Positions 19,079 through 28,546 of a DNA stretch of 64,000 nucleotides are shown one piece after another. Each line of letters begins with the position of its first letter. Positions within the stretch are counted from its first letter, which is position 1. Source of the DNA: an uncultured Granulicella sp. (lineage in GTDB: Bacteria > Acidobacteriota > Terriglobia > Terriglobales > Acidobacteriaceae); NCBI GenBank assembly GCA_965198885.1, contig OZ240677.1, positions 2,538,085 to 2,602,084 of the forward strand. The letters run 5' to 3'. The notes under the pieces are model-generated. The model searched no databases and was not told the origin of the DNA. It saw only the letters and a list, made by a program, of their open reading frames with translations. A program made the position numbers and the translations under genes.

Positions 19079-20098
19079 TCAGGGCTTGATGAGCACCTTG
19101 CAGTGGTCGTTCGGCTTGCCGAGATGTGCAAACATTGCGGAGGCTTCATCCAGGCCGACGATATCGGTGATCAAGTGATCTACCGATATCCTGCGGGCAG
19201 TCATCATCCGCTGCACGAAGTGGAAATCGCCCGGTACATAGGCGAAAGGAAATGTGATGCGCAGCCGTTTCATGGCGGCTGAGACCACCGTAAAGTTTTC
19301 CGGCTGCATTCCCGTCCCAACCATTACCAGTTGCGTATGCGAAGGCGCCATCGCAATCATTTTGTCGATCATTGGGCGGCCGACGCACTCAAAGATCGCG
19401 GTGGGTTTGCGTCCCGTACGACTCTCAAACTCTGCGACCGGGTTTGCGTGTTGCGCCGCGTCGATGATGAGGTCGAAACCGATCCGCTCAGCCCGTGTCC
19501 GGCGTGCGGGCACCATCTCGCTGATGCCTATGTCGCCGGCACCGAAGAACTCAGCCCATTTCGCAACAGCGAGGCCAATCACGCCGGCTCCCAGGATGAG
19601 AACGCTCGCGCCCGGTTCGATTTTGGCAGTCCTCCAGGCGTTCAACCCGACGGCCATTGGCTCGATCGTAGCCGCTTCATCGTCTGAGAGAGCGTCTGAA
19701 ATCTTGACTGCCAGAGCCGCCATGCACGTCGAGTATTCGGCGAACGCGCCCGGCATCCTGGGATCGAAGCCCTGTGCGATGATCTGACTGCACTGTCCGT
19801 AGAGGCCAGCCCGGCACTCCGGGCAGGCGCCGCAGGGACGTGCGGGAACCGCGGTCAGGCGATCTCCGACCTGCCACCCATCACAGCCCTGTCCAACCTC
19901 GACCACTTCACCCGAGTACTCGTGGCCGAGCGTGCTTCTTGGATGCAGCAGCCCGGGAACCTCGACGGCGTGAAGGTCCGATCCGCAGATGCCGCAAGCC
20001 TTCACCTTGAAGACTAGCCCTCCGGGCGATGCGCTCGGCTTTGCTACCTCTGCAAGTTCCAACGGTCTACCGATCTCCACAAACTGCAGCGTTTTCAT
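19079..20098 (-). CDS. Zinc-dependent alcohol/polyol dehydrogenase (MDR)
   Basis: GICGSDLH, GHEYSG, CGACPEC...C, GAGVIG; start MKTLQF at 20098 after GAGGGA. Confidence 0.92.
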   Translation of the reverse strand: MKTLQFVEIGRPLELAEVAKPSASPGGLVFKVKACGICGSDLHAVEVPGLLHPRSTLGHEYSGEVVEVGQGCDGWQVGDRLTAVPARPCGACPECRAGLYGQCSQIIAQGFDPRMPGAFAEYSTCMAALAVKISDALSDDEAATIEPMAVGLNAWRTAKIEPGASVLILGAGVIGLAVAKWAEFFGAGDIGISEMVPARRTRAERIGFDLIIDAAQHANPVAEFESRTGRKPTAIFECVGRPMIDKMIAMAPSHTQLVMVGTGMQPENFTVVSAAMKRLRITFPFAYVPGDFHFVQRMMTARRISVDHLITDIVGLDEASAMFAHLGKPNDHCKVLIKP

Positions 20099-20139
20099 CG
20101 TTCCCTCGTTTCCACTCTGTTCTTTTTGTAGCGCCTGAT

Positions 20140-20751
20140 CTAACGTTCCAGTCCCTTGAGAGCAAACATTTCGATCGAGTTCATTAGTCGGTCCACTGTC
20201 AGGCCATCGACCGACGGAACCCATTTGCCGAGCCAGATGAGCATCCCCAACAGAAGCTCCACTACCAACTCCGGCTCACATTGCACGATAGAGCGGTCCG
20301 CCATGCCTTCTTTGAAGAAGCGGATCAGGATCAACTTGAGCCGGTCGACCCATTGTCGAATTGCTTTCCGCTGCGCCGTGTCCAGATAGGAATAATCGCC
20401 CAGGTAGAGAAGCGCACCATTGTCTCTTGAATCGGTGAGCATGCTGTCGATGAAGCGACGCAGCTTTTCGGACCCAGATCCGGGGCATTTATCGGAGGCC
20501 TCCAAGAGGCGTTGCGCCCTCTCTAACGAACTGCGATGACACGCGTAGGCGAGCGTCCGCTTGTCGTGAAAGTAGTGGTACAGAGTGGCGTCGCGAAGAT
20601 CTACGGCCGCAGCGATGTCAACCATTGTGGCTTGCGCATAGCTTTTTGCGTTGATTGTTTGGATCGCCGCCCGAATGATCTCGGCACGGCGTTTATCTGA
20701 CTTGCGGCTCTTAGAAAGGTTCTTCTTCGGTTTTACTCTACTCGTCGCCAT
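20140..20751 (-). CDS. TetR/AcrR family transcriptional regulator
   Basis: IIRAAIQTINAKSYAQATMVDIAAAVDLRDATLYHYFHDK HTH; C-terminal LLGMLIWLGKW. Confidence 0.9.
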   Translation of the reverse strand: MATSRVKPKKNLSKSRKSDKRRAEIIRAAIQTINAKSYAQATMVDIAAAVDLRDATLYHYFHDKRTLAYACHRSSLERAQRLLEASDKCPGSGSEKLRRFIDSMLTDSRDNGALLYLGDYSYLDTAQRKAIRQWVDRLKLILIRFFKEGMADRSIVQCEPELVVELLLGMLIWLGKWVPSVDGLTVDRLMNSIEMFALKGLER

Positions 20752-20820
20752 AGGGATCGATGAACCGGCCTCTTCGCCAACTGTCTGACGCCAGTGAGCA
20801 TTCTGACACATCTAGCGTGT

Positions 20821-20866
20821 ACTAGAAAAGCTAGTGTTGACTAGAGTACTCAATTTGGACTAAATT
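20821..20866. promoter_or_regulatory. Cluster of inverted repeats overlapping a candidate sigma70 promoter (putative TetR operators)
   Basis: ACTAG-N5-CTAGT (20821-20835); TTGACTAGAGTACTCAA (20837-20853); AATTTGGACTAAATT (20852-20866); TTGACT and TAAATT are 18 nt apart. Confidence 0.5.
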
Positions 20867-21015
20867 CACGACCGTCAATGCGTAGCAGTTTGGCAGGGTG
20901 CGTAGTAGGTGCAGCCTCAAACCAACCGCAACGCAGGCGTCGCCGGAACAGGGCGTGGGCCATGACGTGAGGCGCATTTGCAGAGTACTTTTTCCGTTGG
21001 CGCGAGGATGAATCA

Positions 21016-24000
21016 ATGAACTTCAGAGGGTCAGCTTTCTATTGCAACGCAAGCACTAACGCAGCAACGGCGGTATGGAGTCTTCGTGGTACTTTAATCC
21101 GCTTCCTGATTCCGGCCTTATTGGCAGTTCTCGCTGCTCCTCCGAGTTCGGCGCAATCCGGTTATTCCACTGGAACGGTTCGCGGTTCCGTGACTGACGC
21201 ACAGGGTGCACTGGTTCCAAACGCAACCGTGCTGGTGAAAAACACAGGAACCGCCCAGGTCCGGACTGTGAAGACAGGCCTCGATGGAACCTATGAGGTT
21301 CCGACCCTCAATCCCGGCTCTTACTCGGTTGAAGTCACCGCTCCCGGCTTCAGTAAATTGGTAGCGGCTGAAATCGTGGTCTCAGTCGGTCAGACGGTTG
21401 CGTATGACGCTCACCTTAAAGTCGGAAGCGCCGACACGATTGTAGAAGTTACTGGGAACTCATCGCCTCTGATCGACGCGGCGCAGACCCAGCAGGCTAA
21501 TACGATCGATCAACGGCAGCAGGTGAATCTGCCGAACCTTTCGCGAAACTTTGCGCAGCAATTGTTTACGTTGCCGGGCGTCGTGGATTCGAACGCGCCT
21601 GCGATTCAGGACCCGAACGTCGGCACGGGATATCAGTCTTCAGGGGCGTCGTTTGGTGGCGGGAATGGCCGTGGAAACTTGTTTACCATCGACGGCGGCG
21701 AAAACGACTACGGCTCAGGTGCGCCTCGCGAAGCCCACGTGCCTCAGGACTCCGTGCAGGAGTTCCAGGTGAACCGCAACTCATTCGGCGCGGAGTTTGG
21801 TTTCACGTTGGGCTCCGCGATCAACGTGGTCACCAAGAGCGGAACCAATCAATTTCACGGCAGCGCCTTCGGGTACTTTCACGATGAGACCACCGATGCG
21901 GTGAATTACTTCAACAGCTACGGCCCCACCGCCGGACAGCGTCCATTTGAACAGAGCGCAATCTTTGGTGGCTCGGTTGGTGGTTTTCTAAAGAAGAACA
22001 AGCTGTTCTTCTTTACGTCCTATGAGCGACAGAAGCTGGACAGCAATATCACTACGAACCTGCTGGGAACGGCGGAGGCGCAGGGACTCAACGCGCAGGC
22101 AAACAACTTCAATGGCGTAACTTGCCCGGCCCCAGTGACGCAGGCTTGCTATTTAGCCCAGTTGACAGCCGTCGGCGCAGGTGCGATCGCGAGTGCGGTC
22201 GCACCTGCTTTGACACCGATCAACAACCCTCAGTTTGTCAATTTGATTGCACCGGATAGCGGCACCTTCGATGGTAACGCGCTGGGCGCGGTGCAGTCTG
22301 CTCCAGGACAGAACGGGCGATACAACAATCTCGTGACCCGTCTGGATTTCACGCAAAATGAGAAGAACACCTATTCCTTGCGCTTTGCTTACTCGCACGA
22401 GCAGAACGAAGTGACCGGCGCGGGTGGGGTCCCGCGTTTTACCTCGGTCATTCAGCAGTTGCGAGACTACACAATCACGGCGAACTGGAACCACATCTTC
22501 AATCCAAACGTGGTGAACACAGTGCGGGTGCAAGTGGTTCCGTTCAACTCTTCCGATAACAACACACCGCATGGTGGGGCAGAGTTCGATTTCGGCAGCC
22601 TTGGAACTGTTGGAACGATCTTCGATATTCCTTATAACCAGAGCCAAAACCAATATCAGTTCGACGATGATCTTTCGTACTCCAAGGGTAGCCATAACCT
22701 GAAGTTCGGCGGTTCGTTCCGGCCAGTGCAGTTCAACATCTTCCAAGCTTTTCTCTTTGGTGGCGACTATCAGTTTCAAGATGGAGCGGTCCGACTGTAT
22801 GACCTTTTTGCAGGGTCACCTGCAGCAATCGGTGCGCTCAACGCCATCAACGCTGCGTTCGGCTATCCAACAGGCGGCCCGCCGACGACCAATCTAAGCG
22901 CAGCGCAACTGTACAGTGTTGGCCTCCCGATTGTCTTGGAGCAGGGAGCAGGCAACGGACAATACAACGCCACCACGAAGCCCTTCGGCGTGTATGCACA
23001 GGATTCGTGGAAGGCAACCCACAATTTAACTCTCAACTATGGTGGCAGGTTCGACTACGATCCGATCCCAAACAACTATCCGACCGGCTACTTCTTCTCG
23101 CCACGGCTTGGTTTTGCGTGGGATCCGTTTGGCAATGGTAAGACGGTCATCCGGGCGGGCGGCGGCTTGTTTACCGCCCCCGAACTGTTCATTGTTCCGT
23201 TTACATCGACGGTCCTAGACGGAACGGCTAACCATATCTTTGCGACGGTGACGACGGCTGCGAACTCGGCTCCGCAATTAGAAGGAGCTCTTGCGATAGA
23301 GAAAAGCGAGGCGTTCGCCGCTAATCCCAACCCGGCGCTTACGGTCGGACAGCTAGGTACAGTTGGTATCAACGTGATCCCGAACGGGCCGACGAAGACC
23401 GGCGGCGCATTCTTTACAGTAGACCCTGACTTCAAGCAGCAATATTCGATTCAGGCGAGTGCAAGCGTAGCTCAGGAGCTTGCTCCTAATCTGTCGTTCG
23501 AACTTGGCTACATTTACTATGCGGGCATTCACATCCAACAAATTCAAGAAGCTAATCTAGCTCCCTACGCACCTGCGGGCGTTGATCCCTTTGTCGGTCC
23601 TTACTATCTTCCTAAGCCTGGTTCAACCGATGGAGAGGCGAACAACACTATTACACAGAACGATGAGACAACGTCCGCAGGTCACTCGACCTATAACGGT
23701 CTAACGGCTTCGTTGACCAAGAGATATGGACACGGGCTCCAGTTTCAAGCGAACTATACCTGGAGTAAGGCGATTGATAACGTCAGTGACTTCAGTTCGC
23801 AAAGCACGCCGTTCCGCCCCGGCCTCCTAAATCTAGACCGTGCTGTTTCGGACTTCAACATCAAGAACAGCTTTGTGGCGAATGCCGTCTACACAAGCCC
23901 TCTACATCACGGCGGGGACGGCCTCTTCAGGAATGTTTACTCCGATTTTGTTATAGCCCCGATCGTGCAGGTCCGTGATGGAGTCCCTTTCACGGAACTT

Positions 24001-24438
24001 GTCCCTGGCATCGGCGGAGCGGCGTCTAATGGCAACTCATCACACACGAGTGAAGCGCGGCCATTCCATGAAGGTCGTAACTTGGGTGTTGGTCCCGGCT
24101 ATGCATCGTTCGATCTGCGAATCTCGCGGGCGATCGTTTTGAGGCGGGATACGCCGCTGCGTTTGAATCTGATTGCGCAGTCATCCAACGTCCTAAACCA
24201 CACCAATTTTACAAGCGTGCAGAACATATTCCCCAATACGGGCAACTCGAACATGCCCGGCGTCGCCACAACCGCAGCTCTCGTCGACACGCCAGAGGGC
24301 ACCGTGGATCTACTCAATGGGCCATATAACCTGAAAGGATTCCGGCCCGCCGGCGCGGCCCAATTAACCAGTCCGCTAGCGTTCAAGACGGCGGCTCCTC
24401 CACGGCAGATCAGCTTTGGCCTTGAACTGGCTTTCTAG
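21016..24438 (+). CDS. TonB-dependent outer-membrane receptor with N-terminal carboxypeptidase-regulatory-like domain (acidobacterial Oar-like)
   Basis: GTVRGSVTDAQGALVPNATV, SVQEFQVNRNSFGAEFG, VTKSGTNQFHGSAFGYF, FSPRLGFAWDPFG, C-terminal LELAF. Confidence 0.92.
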   Translation: MNFRGSAFYCNASTNAATAVWSLRGTLIRFLIPALLAVLAAPPSSAQSGYSTGTVRGSVTDAQGALVPNATVLVKNTGTAQVRTVKTGLDGTYEVPTLNPGSYSVEVTAPGFSKLVAAEIVVSVGQTVAYDAHLKVGSADTIVEVTGNSSPLIDAAQTQQANTIDQRQQVNLPNLSRNFAQQLFTLPGVVDSNAPAIQDPNVGTGYQSSGASFGGGNGRGNLFTIDGGENDYGSGAPREAHVPQDSVQEFQVNRNSFGAEFGFTLGSAINVVTKSGTNQFHGSAFGYFHDETTDAVNYFNSYGPTAGQRPFEQSAIFGGSVGGFLKKNKLFFFTSYERQKLDSNITTNLLGTAEAQGLNAQANNFNGVTCPAPVTQACYLAQLTAVGAGAIASAVAPALTPINNPQFVNLIAPDSGTFDGNALGAVQSAPGQNGRYNNLVTRLDFTQNEKNTYSLRFAYSHEQNEVTGAGGVPRFTSVIQQLRDYTITANWNHIFNPNVVNTVRVQVVPFNSSDNNTPHGGAEFDFGSLGTVGTIFDIPYNQSQNQYQFDDDLSYSKGSHNLKFGGSFRPVQFNIFQAFLFGGDYQFQDGAVRLYDLFAGSPAAIGALNAINAAFGYPTGGPPTTNLSAAQLYSVGLPIVLEQGAGNGQYNATTKPFGVYAQDSWKATHNLTLNYGGRFDYDPIPNNYPTGYFFSPRLGFAWDPFGNGKTVIRAGGGLFTAPELFIVPFTSTVLDGTANHIFATVTTAANSAPQLEGALAIEKSEAFAANPNPALTVGQLGTVGINVIPNGPTKTGGAFFTVDPDFKQQYSIQASASVAQELAPNLSFELGYIYYAGIHIQQIQEANLAPYAPAGVDPFVGPYYLPKPGSTDGEANNTITQNDETTSAGHSTYNGLTASLTKRYGHGLQFQANYTWSKAIDNVSDFSSQSTPFRPGLLNLDRAVSDFNIKNSFVANAVYTSPLHHGGDGLFRNVYSDFVIAPIVQVRDGVPFTELVPGIGGAASNGNSSHTSEARPFHEGRNLGVGPGYASFDLRISRAIVLRRDTPLRLNLIAQSSNVLNHTNFTSVQNIFPNTGNSNMPGVATTAALVDTPEGTVDLLNGPYNLKGFRPAGAAQLTSPLAFKTAAPPRQISFGLELAF

Positions 24439-24466
24439 ATCTTCTGCCTTGTAAAGGACGGCGGCT

Positions 24467-24495
24467 CCTGCCCATTGAAGCAAACAGTGGGCGGG
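24467..24495 (+). other. Intergenic stem-loop after the TonB receptor gene
   Basis: CCTGCCCATTG / CAGTGGGCGGG, 11 bp with two G-U pairs, 7 nt loop, no U-tract. Confidence 0.4.
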
Positions 24496-24516
24496 CGACG
24501 CCGAGGAAAAATTCTC

Positions 24517-25008
24517 ATGCATAACAAGGCTCTGAAGTACGTTATTGTCGAGAGCACGGGGAGCGGAGTTGTGAACGGCATCCTAAACTGTGCCGCGGCC
24601 TTTCTCCTCTTTCACGGACGAGGCCAGATTCCAATTGCAGGACCTCTCGGTCTGGTCCGGGACTTGATTGGAGAGACCTTTCTCGTAGCATCCCTCAGCT
24701 ACATGGCGGCTGCACTTATTTCTCGCCAGCGCCATCGTGCCGGAAACCTGCCTACAATGAGAACCGGGCAAGCGGCTTCTCCAAGAAACGTTTATCTTTG
24801 GTCCCTTAGCCTTGGTATTCTTTTCACAAGCGTTCTGGTGCCAATGGGCGGGCTCCTCCTTCCTCGGGCTTTTCCCGATGGCATTAGTTTCAGGAACCTC
24901 GTGCTGTTCAAAACACTCTTCGGCGCAATCCTAGGCTCGATTGCAACTTGGCTTGCCATTCACCGAGCGTTAAGCGAGCTCCACCCCCTCGAAGGCCTGA
25001 CAAATTAG
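24517..25008 (+). CDS. Hypothetical membrane protein (about 4 TM)
   Basis: Hydrophobic segments (GVVNGILNCAAAFLLF; LSLGILFTSVLVPMGGLLL; LFGAILGSIATWLAI); same strand between the receptor and the monooxygenase. Confidence 0.7.
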   Translation: MHNKALKYVIVESTGSGVVNGILNCAAAFLLFHGRGQIPIAGPLGLVRDLIGETFLVASLSYMAAALISRQRHRAGNLPTMRTGQAASPRNVYLWSLSLGILFTSVLVPMGGLLLPRAFPDGISFRNLVLFKTLFGAILGSIATWLAIHRALSELHPLEGLTN

Positions 25009-25080
25009 CTTCTTCGCTCCAGTCGTCCTTTGTACCACTCCGACAGCGACGACTTGGAATTCACCGAAATTGAGGATTCT

Positions 25081-26532
25081 ATGCCAGAACATCTTGACGT
25101 ATTGATTGTTGGCGCGGGCCTGTCGGGCATCGCAGCTGCCTATCATCTCCAGGTTCATTGCCCCAAAAAGTCCTACCGCATCGTAGAAGGCCGAAGCGCT
25201 CTCGGCGGCACCTGGGATCTGTTCCGCTATCCCGGCATCCGCTCAGACTCCGACATGCACACGATGGGATTCTCCTTCAAACCGTGGACGAACGATAAGG
25301 TAATCGCCGACGGCTCGGAGATCTTCAGCTACCTAAAGGAGACGGCGGAACAATATCACATTGATCGCCATATCCAATACAACCTCCGCGTCGTAAAGGT
25401 CAGCTGGTCTGCCGAGCAAGCCCGCTGGACCGTTGAGATGGAGCGTGGCTCCACACGGGAGAGAAGCACGCTTACCTGTTCGTTCTTGTTCATGTGCAGT
25501 GGCTACTACAGCTACGAGAAGGGCCACACACCGGAGTTCGCCGGAGTTGATCGCTTCAAGGGCCGCATCGTTCATCCGCAGCGGTGGCCCACGGATCTCG
25601 ACTACGCGGGCAAGCAGGTGGTCATCATCGGGAGCGGCGCAACCGCGGTGACGCTCGTTCCTTCCATGGCAAAGACTGCGGGGCACGTCACGATGCTGCA
25701 GCGCTCGCCCACCTACATTGTTGCTCGGCCAGGAACGGATCCTTTCGCGATCCGGATGAAAAAGTACATGCCACAGAGTCTGGCGTCGCGGGTGACACGC
25801 TGGAGGAATATTCTGCTCGGGATGTACTTCTACAAGGTCGCACGCACGCAGCCGGAAAAGTTCAGCGCTGCATTGATCGGCGGGGCGAGGGCACAACTCG
25901 GTGAGAACTACGACGTCGACACTCACTTCACACCGAAGTACAAGCCATGGGACCAGCGGCTTTGCCTGGTGCCCGATGGCGATCTCTTCAAGGCGATCCG
26001 AGAAGGCCACGCCACCATAGTCACCGACACGATCGAAAGTTTCACCGAGACCGGCATCAGGCTGACTTCAGGCAAGGAACTTGTGGCCGATGTGATCGTG
26101 ACGGCAACCGGGCTTACGATGCAGTTGTTGAGCGGCGTTCAAGTCTACGTAGACGATAAGCGCGTCGAACTTGGAAAGACCTTTAACTATAAGGGCACCA
26201 TGTTTAGCGGTATACCAAACTTCGCCCTTAGCATCGGCTATACCAACGCCTCTTGGACTCTGAAGGCCGAGCTGAGTTGCCTGTACGTGTGCCGGCTTCT
26301 GAAGTACATGGACCGCCACAAGTACCGTAGCGCCGTCCCAAACTTTGTCGAAGGCACGATAGGCGAGCAGCCCATGGTCGGGCTCACATCCGGCTATGTA
26401 CAACGCGCCATCGGAGAGTTGCCTAGGCAAGGCCTCAAGAAGCCATGGACGCTGCAACAGAAGTTCACTCATGACTCGGTTTCTATGCGCTATGGAAAGG
26501 TTAACGATGGGTCCTTACGTTTTGCTCGCTAA
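25081..26532 (+). CDS. Baeyer-Villiger-type flavin monooxygenase (EthA-like)
   Basis: GAGLSG, GGTWDLFRYPGIRSDSD, BVMO fingerprint FKGRIVHPQRWP, GSGATA, MLQRSPTY, TATG. Confidence 0.93.
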   Translation: MPEHLDVLIVGAGLSGIAAAYHLQVHCPKKSYRIVEGRSALGGTWDLFRYPGIRSDSDMHTMGFSFKPWTNDKVIADGSEIFSYLKETAEQYHIDRHIQYNLRVVKVSWSAEQARWTVEMERGSTRERSTLTCSFLFMCSGYYSYEKGHTPEFAGVDRFKGRIVHPQRWPTDLDYAGKQVVIIGSGATAVTLVPSMAKTAGHVTMLQRSPTYIVARPGTDPFAIRMKKYMPQSLASRVTRWRNILLGMYFYKVARTQPEKFSAALIGGARAQLGENYDVDTHFTPKYKPWDQRLCLVPDGDLFKAIREGHATIVTDTIESFTETGIRLTSGKELVADVIVTATGLTMQLLSGVQVYVDDKRVELGKTFNYKGTMFSGIPNFALSIGYTNASWTLKAELSCLYVCRLLKYMDRHKYRSAVPNFVEGTIGEQPMVGLTSGYVQRAIGELPRQGLKKPWTLQQKFTHDSVSMRYGKVNDGSLRFAR

Positions 26533-26585
26533 TGGGTGATTTGAGTGCATCATCTGGGGCAGAAGGCGCCGTTGTTCTAAACGCT

Positions 26586-27794
26586 TTACTGCCAGAGTTC
26601 GCGATATAGGACACAAATCTCTTCAGCAGTCGGGATACGAGAATTGTTCTGAGGAGAGCCTGAGGCCAACGCCTGCGCCGCCATCGTGGGAGTAACGGCC
26701 AGGTAGTGCTCTCTGTCGATTCCATATTGCTGCGGTGATGGCACGCCGAGCTGAGCATTGCGTTCATAGAGACCGCGGACGAGAGCCTCAACAGCCTGGT
26801 CGTCCGTGCTACCTTCTACGGCCACTCCCATTGTTCGCGCACAAACCGCATAACGCTCGGGGGCAGCTGAAACCGAGAATGCAGTCACTGCCGGCAACAG
26901 CATGGCATTTGAAAGGCCGTGAGGAACATGAAAGTGCACACCCAAAGGACGGCTCATGCCGTGCACCAGTGCGACACTTGCATTTGAGAAAGCTATACCA
27001 GCTTGTGTCGCCGCCAGCATCATCGCCTCACGAGCCGTCCGATTGCGCGGTTCATGATAGCTGGTAGGAAGCTCTCTCCAGATCGTCTTCATCGCCGAGA
27101 GCGCGAATGCATCCGCAAACGGGTTTGCTCGGCGACTCACATAAGCTTCGATGGCATGGGTCAGGGAGTCGGTTCCCGTGTCTGCAGTTAAGCGAGCCGG
27201 CATTGTAAGCGTTAGCTCGAAATCCACAACTGCGGCTGTGGGAAGCAGAACGTCACCAGCGATAAGCATTTTCTCTTGTGTTTCCGTCTCTGTGATCACG
27301 GTAAACCGAGTCACTTCAGAACCCGTGCCGGCCGTAGTCGGAATCGCAAGATGTACTGGTCCGGCGAGCGCCGGCACGTTCGGAGACCTGTAATCGCGCA
27401 CCTTACCGCCGTTCTTCACCAGCATTCCGATCGCCTTCGCTGTATCGATTGGGCTCCCGCCGCCCAGACTTACTAAACCGTCGTGACCTCCGGCCAGATA
27501 AAGAGCGACGCCGTGCTCCACAATCGCTGACGTCGGATCAGGCAACGTGTCAAAAAAGATTGCGCAGGCGAGACCGGCTTCGCGTATCTGCGTCTGCAGC
27601 CTTTCAGGCAACCCGCTCTTCATCATGAATGGATCAGTCACGATGAGTGGACGCCTGCACCCGAGCTTTAACAACAATCCGAAGACTTCAGCGAAGGATC
27701 CACCACCGATTACTAACTGGGATGGGATACGGATATGAGAAATCACGGATCTCTCTAAAGGTTCATCGGGGCTGGTCTGCGCCATATGCATCAT
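26586..27794 (-). CDS. Iron-containing alcohol dehydrogenase
   Basis: LGGGSPIDTAK, IPTTAGTGSEVT, DSLTHAIEAY, VHGMSRPLG, PHGLSNAMLLP. Confidence 0.93.
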   Translation of the reverse strand: MMHMAQTSPDEPLERSVISHIRIPSQLVIGGGSFAEVFGLLLKLGCRRPLIVTDPFMMKSGLPERLQTQIREAGLACAIFFDTLPDPTSAIVEHGVALYLAGGHDGLVSLGGGSPIDTAKAIGMLVKNGGKVRDYRSPNVPALAGPVHLAIPTTAGTGSEVTRFTVITETETQEKMLIAGDVLLPTAAVVDFELTLTMPARLTADTGTDSLTHAIEAYVSRRANPFADAFALSAMKTIWRELPTSYHEPRNRTAREAMMLAATQAGIAFSNASVALVHGMSRPLGVHFHVPHGLSNAMLLPAVTAFSVSAAPERYAVCARTMGVAVEGSTDDQAVEALVRGLYERNAQLGVPSPQQYGIDREHYLAVTPTMAAQALASGSPQNNSRIPTAEEICVLYRELWQ

Positions 27795-28546
27795 CGATTC
27801 TGTGGGTGCCGAAATCCACTTTACGGCTCGAAGGGTCTGTCCGCCTGCTTGTCACAACTTTGCCGCGGGTACCACAGGCAAACTCAACATCCTCTATTCA
27901 TCGAGCGATCTCACCGCATGCATCAGCGAGAGACTTTCCTATTTCCTTCGAGGGAATGCGAGCCAGGTCCTCACATCGCTGGTCGATCATTGAACGTAAA
28001 CCAGGATAGGATCTCGGCGCGCGGCGAGTAGCTGACTGGCTCGCCAGGCGGAGAAAGCCGCCTGGCAGAATCGACATCCAGGATGACCTCAACGTCGGCG
28101 AAGTTGACGTGCGTGAAAGGCTGATGATTAGCGGGGTTCCAGACTGCCCCGTTTCGTCCGGATTGTGACGCGTGCGCGACTCCGCCGATGCTTGTGTCGA
28201 TCGTGTGCAAAAGGCCGTGAACGGAAGGTGTGAAGTCCGCGGAAGCGAGCTCAGGCACTGGCGGAACGATCATGATGGTACCTCCCTGGCACGTTCACCG
28301 ATTGCGGACTGCCTTTGTCTTTGTTTTTGGGCCCGCACCAAGTCTCCTCCCGCAGGAAAGACCTTGTCTCGCGGATGCGGCTGGACAGCAGTTGTCTGGG
28401 GCGAGTATCTTACCGATTGGTTAGTTAGTCAATCTTCATGGCAACTGGCAAATACGCAGGGTCAGCTTGGCTCCCATACGTTAGTGCCGTCACGCAAGCG
28501 ACGTTAGAGTCGCGCCGGATTACCAGGTTGGAGGCAGCACGCAAAC

